From an uncultured Gammaproteobacteria bacterium (GTDB lineage: Bacteria > Patescibacteriota > Microgenomatia > Levybacterales > GWA1-39-11), in the NCBI GenBank assembly GCA_964504535.1, contig CAZDED010000003.1, positions 6,850 to 70,849 of the forward strand: a stretch of 64,000 nt of DNA. The letters are read 5' to 3'. Both the position numbers and the translations under genes were made by a program. Under the pieces are notes generated by a model. That model saw only the letters and a list, made by a program, of their open reading frames with translations, was not told where the DNA came from and did no database searches. This document shows positions 12,601 to 21,600 of this stretch, in pieces; position 1 is the first letter of the stretch; each line of letters begins with the position of its first letter.

Positions 12601-15600
12601 CCAGACTGAATTTCTAATGCAACCTGATTTGGAGCAGCATTATTGTCATTTATAATAAATGCACTCGCAGTCCCCTCATTTGTTAACGTCAATGAAGTTG
12701 CTGCATTTAGACCCGACGCAAGAGTAAAGTCAATATTTCTACCTGATGTCGTAAGAATTGTATTCCCATTGTCATAAGATGATTGCAATGTTCCGGCAGA
12801 TGATCCGACATCGCAGAGTACAACCTCATCATCACCATTTGTACAAAGAGGGCTTCCAACTACAGTAACTAAGTTTTCTATCGTTACTGTGCTATTGGCT
12901 GCAAGTGTTGTGAATTTCCCTGAAGAACGAGTTGTATTTCCGATTGGAGTATTGTCTATTGATCCACCGGTTATTACAGCGTTACTTGATGAGAAGTTAT
13001 TAGCAGTAACTGCTCCGGCAATACTTACCGTGTCTGTTGATGACCCAATATTTATCACATCAGGACTCGTGTTATCCGTACCAATATTTACAGTATTTCC
13101 GGTAGTTAAAGTACCAAGATTTATCACCCCGTTTGCACTTGCTCCAGCACCTGCATTAATTGTTACCGATCCACCCGTTGAACCACCAGCAGTAGTTGTT
13201 CCTGCAATTAGTCTTAGATTGCCACCGGTTGCCGCAACGGTTGAACTTGCTGGATTGACTGTAATATCCGTTCCACCAACAAGTGTTGAAATGTCTGAAG
13301 TATTATTTCCAGCAAGATAAATGACTCCGGCTTCTGAAATCTTTAGAGTTGATGCTCCATTGGACTGAAGATCAATAAATGTTCCCGATCCGCCAGCTGA
13401 CGTGTCATTTACGATAAATGCACTTGCCGTGCTTTGATTTTCAATGGTAAATGACGTTGGAAGGTTAAGACCAGGAGCAAGCGTGATAGCTACATTTCGT
13501 CCGTCGTTTGTGAGAATCGTATTTCCATTGTTATACGAAGATTGAAGAGTTCCAGTACCTGATCCGATAGAACATTTAATGATGTTATCAAATGAATCAA
13601 TACAAAGTGCGGTTCCTGAGCTTGTCGTCAAATTCTCTATAAGAACGGTACTGTTGGCAGCAAGCGTTGTGAATGCACCGGTTGATCTGACAGTTGCACC
13701 AACGCTTGTGCCATTTATAGTTCCTCCAGTTATCGTAACACCACTTGATGTGAAGTCATTAGCGGTAACTTCACCCAATAGATTTATAGTGTCCAATGCT
13801 GATCCAATATTGACAATGTCGGCCAGAGTGTCATTTGTTGCGATATTTATGACATTTCCACCAGCTCCTGTTCCGATATAAATAGTCTTTGCACTATTGC
13901 CGATACCAATATTTATGTCACCAGTTGTTCCTGTATCAAGAGTGAGTGAATTTGCACCGGTCGCAGATATTGTTCCGACTCCGGCAAATGTAAGATCTGT
14001 TGCTGTCACTCCAATTGTGTCAAGAGAGATAACACCGGTTAGCGCTCCAAGTGTCGAAACATTTAATCCCCCGTTTGAAGTGACGGCAAAAGTACCTGTA
14101 GCGTTGCCTATCGCTACATTTCCTGTCCCGGTTGTTGCAATATTTACATCGGATGCACCTGAGGTTCCAAGATTTGTTGTTCCGGTTGATGAAAGAGTTG
14201 TAAAGGCACCTGTCGATGGTGTGGTTGCTCCAATTGCGGTGCTATTGATTCCCGTTGCAGTTGCTGTGAAATTGCCGGAGGTTATCAGTAAATTATTTAC
14301 CCCGGCATTGATAGATGATGCAGACAATCCTGAAAGACTTAATACGCCAGAGGTAGCGGTAAGGTTGATAGCACCGGTTGTTAGAGTCAGTCCATTTGAT
14401 GCTGTCAAAAGACCTGCTGATGTTATTGCTCCAGTACCTGTCGTTGCAATATTTCCACTGGTCGTAAGATTTCCGAGTTCATTGATGGTGAGAGTTGCAG
14501 AACCAGAGGACTGGATCTCAAGCGCAGTGTTGACTGAACCGCTTGTATCATTTATCAAAAATGCACTTGCTGTACCTTGATTTTCAAGAGTTAGAGATGT
14601 TCCCAAATCAAGCCCCAAAGTAAAGGCGATATTTCTGTCCTCAGTTGTTGTTATTGTGTTTCCTGTGTTGTAAGCTGCCTGCAATCCAAATGGTGCACCG
14701 TTACAATAAACAAGATTAAAACTTGTATCAAGACACAGAGTATTTCCATTTTGGGTCTGGAGACCATTGATCTGGATCCTTTCGGTTGCAGAAGTATTAA
14801 ATACTATATTGTTTCCATTTGAAGGAGTGAATACTGCACTCCCTGACGCATCAAACGAGTTACCGTTGGTAACCGTTACATTTCCATTGAAGGTCGAAAT
14901 TCCTGCAACATCAAGGGTGCTACCCAATGTTGTGGCTCCGGTTCCGACAGAGAAGGTGTTAGAACCAGTCACGGACGTATTACCGTTCAAAGAAACATTA
15001 CCTGTACCTGTTGAGAATGTGTATGCTCCAACTTGTGTTATGTTGTTGTTAAAGGTACTTATTCCATTAACTGTAAGTGCACCCCCAAGTGTAGTAAGAC
15101 CGGTACCGACTGTAAATGTATTTGCTCCCGTAACTGATGTATTTCCATTCAGAATTGTCAACGCATTTATATTAAGATTTCCCACACCATTGAGAGGACT
15201 GATTGTGATCTCTCCCGTAGTATCTCCACCTATTGTCAACGTGTTGAACTCCGTTGTTTGGATTGATCTTGGCGCACCAGCAAGAGTAAGGTTGCCAGAT
15301 ATTGAGGCAGCACCTGTCGTAGTGAGATTTGTGAATGTAGCTGCGGCTGGGGTTGTCGCTCCGATAACGGTTCCGTTGATACCAGTTGCAGTCACATTAA
15401 TATTTGCAGCTCCAACCAACAGATCATTTCCACCAAACTGAAGTGTAGAAGATGAAAGTCCGGTCAAATTGAGAAGTCCTGAAGTACCAGTGAGACTTAC
15501 TGCACCGGTTGTTACTGTTAGGCCATTTGATGCTGTCAAAAGAGCATTTGACGTTATAGTTCCAGTACCTGTTGTTGCAATGTTTCCACTTGTCGTCAGG

Positions 15601-18600
15601 TTTCCAAGCTCGTTGATGGTGAGTGTCGCTGATCCCGAAGATTGGATCTCAAGCGAAGTATTTGTATTAGCATTATTATCATTGATGATAAATGCCGAAG
15701 CGGTACCAAGGTTTGTGAGAGTGAGTGAAGTTGTCTGATCCTGACCCAACGTGAATGCAAGATTTCGACCCGGAGTTGTCGTGATTGTGTTTCCTGTGTT
15801 ATATGCAGCTTGAAGTCCGAAAGGCGCTCCGTTACAGAAAGCGAGGTTGTTGCTTACATCCAGACAAAGTGTATTTCCATTCTGAGTCTGGAGGCCATTG
15901 ATTTGAATTCTCTCTGTTGCAGAAGTATTGAATACAACGTTGTTCCCTGTTGAAGGTGCAAATACTGCAGCTCCGGATGCCAGTAACGTATTTCCTGTTG
16001 AGATAGTAAGGCCCCCATTAAATGTGGCAAGGCCGGCAACATCTAGAGTGCTGCCAAGGGTTGTGGCGCCTGTTCCGACTGTAAATGTATTTGATCCGGT
16101 AACTGAAGTATTTCCGTTCAAAGAAACTGCTCCGGTTCCTGTTGAGAATGTCCCAGTTCCAACCTGACTAATATTGTTGTTGAACGTTGCAGCCCCTTGA
16201 ACACTCAAAAGACCGGTAATGTCTGTGTTGCCGGCAATTTGTACAAGCCCCGTCGTATTGCCTCCAATAGTAAGGGTATTAAAATCAGTCGTTTGGATAG
16301 AACGTGGAGCGCCTGCAAGTGTCAGATTGCCTGAAAATGAAGCGTTTCCTGTTGTTGTTAGGGTCGTAAAATTACCGGTTGATGGAGTAGTTACACCAAT
16401 TGCTGTGTTATTGATGCCGGTAGCAGTCGTTGTGAAGTTGGATGATGTAAACGTCAGAGCATTTGCACCTGCATCAAATGTAGATGCCCCAAGCCCGGTA
16501 AGAACAATTGCACCAGATGTACCCGTAATATTCACAGCTCCAGCTGTGACAGTAAGGCCATTTGAGGCAGTTAAAAGTCCATTAGATGTAATCGTTCCGC
16601 CTGATGTTGTAAGAAGGTTTCCAATAGTTGAGAGATTCCCGTTCTCAGAAATTGTTAATGTAGCCGAACCGCTTGATTGAATAGCTAAAGCATTTTGCAC
16701 AGAAGCATTTGTGTCATTGATCACAAATGCGGCGCTACCTGTTCCTGCATTAGTAAGCAAGAACTGTCTGGACGAAAGATCTGCAAGGGTGAAGTCGATA
16801 TTCCCGTGAAGATCATTTGCAACTATAGTATTACCCGAATTATATGCCTGTTGTAGGGTGACATTGAGAGCGTTTGATGAACAGACAGAAAACTCGTTGA
16901 GTCCATTTCTACAGACAACAGAAAAGCCAACAGTTCCTGAAAGATTTGGAATTCTCGTAATAGTATTTAGAACTATTTGTCCCGTTCCATCAGGTGAAAG
17001 GGTAAGGTCTTCATTTGAGTTTGTCGTGATATCTGTCGCAGCACCAGAAAATATGAGGCCAGTAGAACCGATTGATTTATTTGAAAGAGTCTGGGTCTGG
17101 TTTGCAAACACGAAAGTGTCATCTGCAGTGAGCGCTGGAATAGTTGCAAATCTTGAAGCAACAGGAGCAATTGACGTAATTGTCGTAGTGTTTGTTGTTC
17201 CAAGAACTATCTGGTTTGTTGAGTTGGTAAGATTAAGTGAAGCAAAAGTAGGGGATGAAGTTGCAGCAATATCTTGAGGAAGAGAGAGTGCAATAGTCCC
17301 TGACCCATTCGTCACGAGAACTTGATTTGAAGTACCGGTAATAGTATTCAAACTAAATCCTGACCCATTCCCAATGAGAAGAGCTCCATTTGGAGCAGCA
17401 GATGCATCTACACCTGTTCCACCTCTTAAAGGAGCGAGTTGTTGTTCTGTTGCAAGAACCCCTGATGCATTATTGATAATAACACCAGCTGTATTAAATG
17501 GTGTGATAGTTACTGAGGTGTTAGCTGTTAGGCCAGTAAACACTGCGGTTGATGGAGTTGTCGCACCAATTGCAGTACTATTGATTCCTGTTGCCGTGAC
17601 ACTAAGATTTGCTGCCCCTATGAGTAAATTATTTCCCCCAAATTGAAGTGATGAGGCTGACAAGCCTGATAAATTAAGTGCACCGGATGTACCCGTGACA
17701 TTGACTGCACCGGTGGTTACTGTAATTCCGTTTGAAGCGGTTAGAAGTCCTGCAGATGTTATTGTTCCAGTCCCAGTTGTTAGGATATTTCCACTTGTTG
17801 AGAGATTACCAATAGAAGTTAGGTTTCCATTCTCAGAAATAGTAAGAGTAGCAGCACCGCTTGATTGGGCTTGAAATACGTCTTGGACTGAAGCATTCGT
17901 GTCGTTGATAACAAATGCAGCCGACCCGGTACCAGCATTTGTAAGGAGGAATTGGCGGGATGAAAGGTCAGCAAGGGTAAAGTCAATGTTCCCTTCGGAG
18001 TCAGTTGCTGATATTGTATTTCCTGCTTCGTATGCAAGTTGAAGTGAAATGTTTGCAGCGTTTGCCGGACATTCGGTTATTTCGTTACTTATGTCATCAC
18101 GGCAAAGGGTAGTTGCACTTAGTCCAGCAGTCGGAAGATTAAGTAACTTGGTTATATTTGAAAGGACAATCTGACCGGTCCCATCTGGGGTAATCGTAAG
18201 ATCTTGGTTAGAAACCGTAGTGATATCTGTTCCAACCCCATTAAAGGTTAACGACCCGGTAGCTGTAATTGCACCCGTTGATAAGGAGCTGCTTGTGACA
18301 GAACCCGTTGTTATAAGATTTCCATTCTCAGAAATCGTGAGAGTTGCAGAACCGCTGCTTTGGATAGACAAAGCATTTTGGATAGAAGCATTCGTGTCAT
18401 TTATGACAAATGCTGCCGATCCTGTCCCGGCATTGGTAAGTAAGAATTGGCGGGATGAAAGATCTGCAAGAGTAAAGTCAATGTTGCCTTCACCATCTGT
18501 TGCACTAATAGTGTTGCCTGCTTCATAAGCAAGTTGCAGTGAAATATTTGCAGCGTTTGCCGGACATTCCGTTATTTGATGGGACGAATCGTCACGGCAT

Positions 18601-21600
18601 AGAGTCGTTGCAGCAACTCCTGCAACAGGCAGATTTTCAAGACGCGCTATATTGGAGAGCACAATTTGACCGGTTCCATTTGGAGTGAGCGTAAGATCTT
18701 CATTACTGACGGTGATTATGTCATTGGCAGCTCCTGAAAATACAAGCCCTGACGCCCCAATTGTTTTGTTAGTTAATGTCTGTGTTTGTGCGGCAAATAT
18801 AAAAGTGTCGTCAAACGTCAACGCAGGAAGTGTTGCAATTCGTGGCGCACCTGGGGCAGGTGAATTTATGGTCGTAGTGTTGATGGTTCCGAGAGATATT
18901 TGGTTGGTAGTTGCAGCAAGACCGAGGTTTCCAGCATAAGAAAGGGTTGCCGCATTGTCTCCGGCATTATTAACAAATGCCAACTGATATGTTGGAGCGG
19001 TAGTTAGAATCTGATTTTGAAGACTAAAAGTAAGATTGTTTGAGGAAGCTCCATTCCAATATGATCCCTGAAGTGACAAAAGATTTGAGTTGTTAAGAGT
19101 CGCACCGCTCGTTGATGTAGCAAGCCTCAATAATGACAATGTATCGGTGCCAGTTTGATCTCCCACATTAAATGCAGTCAAAGAGGTGATTGTCGTACCG
19201 TCATCCGTAAAATTAGAATCTCCGATATTTGATCCCGTTACAGTAAATTTAGCTAGTCTATTTAGCGTACCGGCACCACCGACAACGCCACCAGCACCTG
19301 CACAGTTTCCGACAGTAAGACAAACTGTTCCATCATAGTCTGGAATACTAATAGTCCGCAGCGTACCTGTTGTAATCTGACTTAGATCAAACAAGAATTG
19401 CTTCGTATTGTCTCCGCTATTCTGGAACGTGATCGAGTTGTCGGTCAGCAATTTGTTAGTCAATGTCTGACTTTGATTGGCAAATATGAATGTGTCATTT
19501 GCGGTAAGACCGGGAATCGTTGCGATCCTTGCAGCAGCTGGCGCTACGGAATTTATCGTAGTGGTATTAGTTGTTCCCAATACTAACTGGTTTGTTACAG
19601 CTTGTGATGTCAAAACTCCTGCGGTAGTTAGATTTCCATTTTCGTTGACAGTAAGAGTTGTTGATCCATTTGATTGGACTTCAATTCCATTTTGGTTTGC
19701 AGCATTCGTGTCATTTATAACAAGCGCCGATGACGCTGTACCTGCGTTTGTAAGAGTCAATGCCCGAGATGAAAGAGCTGCAAGAGTAAGTGAAATGTCA
19801 CCAAATGCATCTGTTGCAGAAATTGTGTTTCCAGCTTCGTATGCGAGTTGGAGTGAAATATTTGCAGCGTTTGCTGGACATTCCGTTATTTGATGGGACG
19901 AATTATCACGACAAAGAGTCGTTGCAGCAACACCAGAAACAGGCAGATTTTCAAGACGTGTAATGTTTGAAAGGACTATTTGCCCTGTCCCATCAGGGGT
20001 AATTGTGAAGTCTTCATTTGACAGTGTTGAAATATCGGTCGCAGCTCCTAAGAACACAAGCCCAGTTGTTCCAATCGTTTTATTTGTGAGCGTTTGAGTC
20101 TGTTGTGCAAAAATAAATGTATCATCAACAGCTAGGGCAGGTAAAGTAGCGACACGTGGAGCAGCGGGAGCAATGGAACTTATTGTTGTCGTATTTCCAG
20201 AACCCAGTACAACTTGATTTGTTGCTGCTTGGGCAGTCAACGTTGTCGCTGAAAGGATTGATCCTGTACCGGTTGTTAATATGTTTCCTGCGGTTGAAAG
20301 TAATCCTGTCTCATTTATGGTAAGCGTCGCAGAACCACTACTTTGGATGACCAACGAATTATTGACTGATCCGCTGGTATCGTTGATTACAAAAGCACTA
20401 GCTGTTCCTACATTTGTGAGGAGTAAGGAGGTGGATAGACCAGATCCCAATGTAAAGTCGATATTTCTATTTGCAGATGTAGTTAATGTATTTCCTGAAT
20501 CATAGGCAAGTTGCAATGAAACATTGCTGGCATTTGCCGGACATTGCGTTATTTCGTTGCTAATATTGTCACGGCAAAGGGTAGTTGCAGCAACACCTGC
20601 AGATGGAAGACTGCCCAGTCTTACTGTGTTAGAAAGAACGATTTGCCCTATACCTGAAGCGGAAAGCGTGAGATCTTCGTTACTTGCGGTCGTGATATCT
20701 GTTGTTGCTCCTGAGAATATAAGTCCGGTAGACCCGATTGTCTTATTGCTTAATGTCTGAGTCTCATTTGCAAATACGAATGTATCAGATGCGCTAAGAG
20801 CAGGAATGGTTGCTGTTCTAGGAGCAGACTGTGAATTGGCATTTATAACTAACGTATTCCCGGCAGCACCAAGAGTAAGTTGGTTACTTGTATTTGAAAG
20901 AGACTGGGATGCGAATGTCGGCGAAGATGTCGCCGCAATATCTTGAGGGGTAGAAAGAACGATTGTGCCACTACCGTTCACAACATTTACCTGATTTGAT
21001 GTACCTGAAATATAATTAAGACTAAGACCCGTGCCATTGCCTATTAATATCTGCCCAGGTAATGCCCCAGACGTATCAAGACCTGTACCTCCACGAGCAG
21101 GAGTGAGTTGCGCGATAGTTGAAAATACTCCAGATGAATTATTGATAACAACTCCATCTGTTGCAAAGCTTGAAACAGTCAATGCTCCATTTGCTGAGAG
21201 ATTTGTGAACGCACCGGTTGAAGGAGTGGTAGTACCGATAGCAGTACTGTTAATTCCCGTTGCTGTAGTGTTGAAATTGCCGGATGTGATGAGTAAATTA
21301 TTTACTCCAGTTGAAATACTTGAGCCCGATAGGCCTGACAAATTAAGAGTACCTGCAGTAGCTGTAAGATTGAGAGTTCCTGTTGTTACTGTAAAACCAT
21401 TTGAAGCAGTGAGTGTTCCGGCTGACGTGATGGTGCCCGCACCTGTTGTCAATATATTTCCTGTTGTCGAAAGTATTCCATTCTCATTTATGGTGAGAGT
21501 AGTAACACCACCTGATTGCACCGTAAGAGCATTTTGAATAGCAGCATTTGTATCGTTAATAACAAGTGCCGATGAAGCAGTACCTGCATTTGTTAGTGTT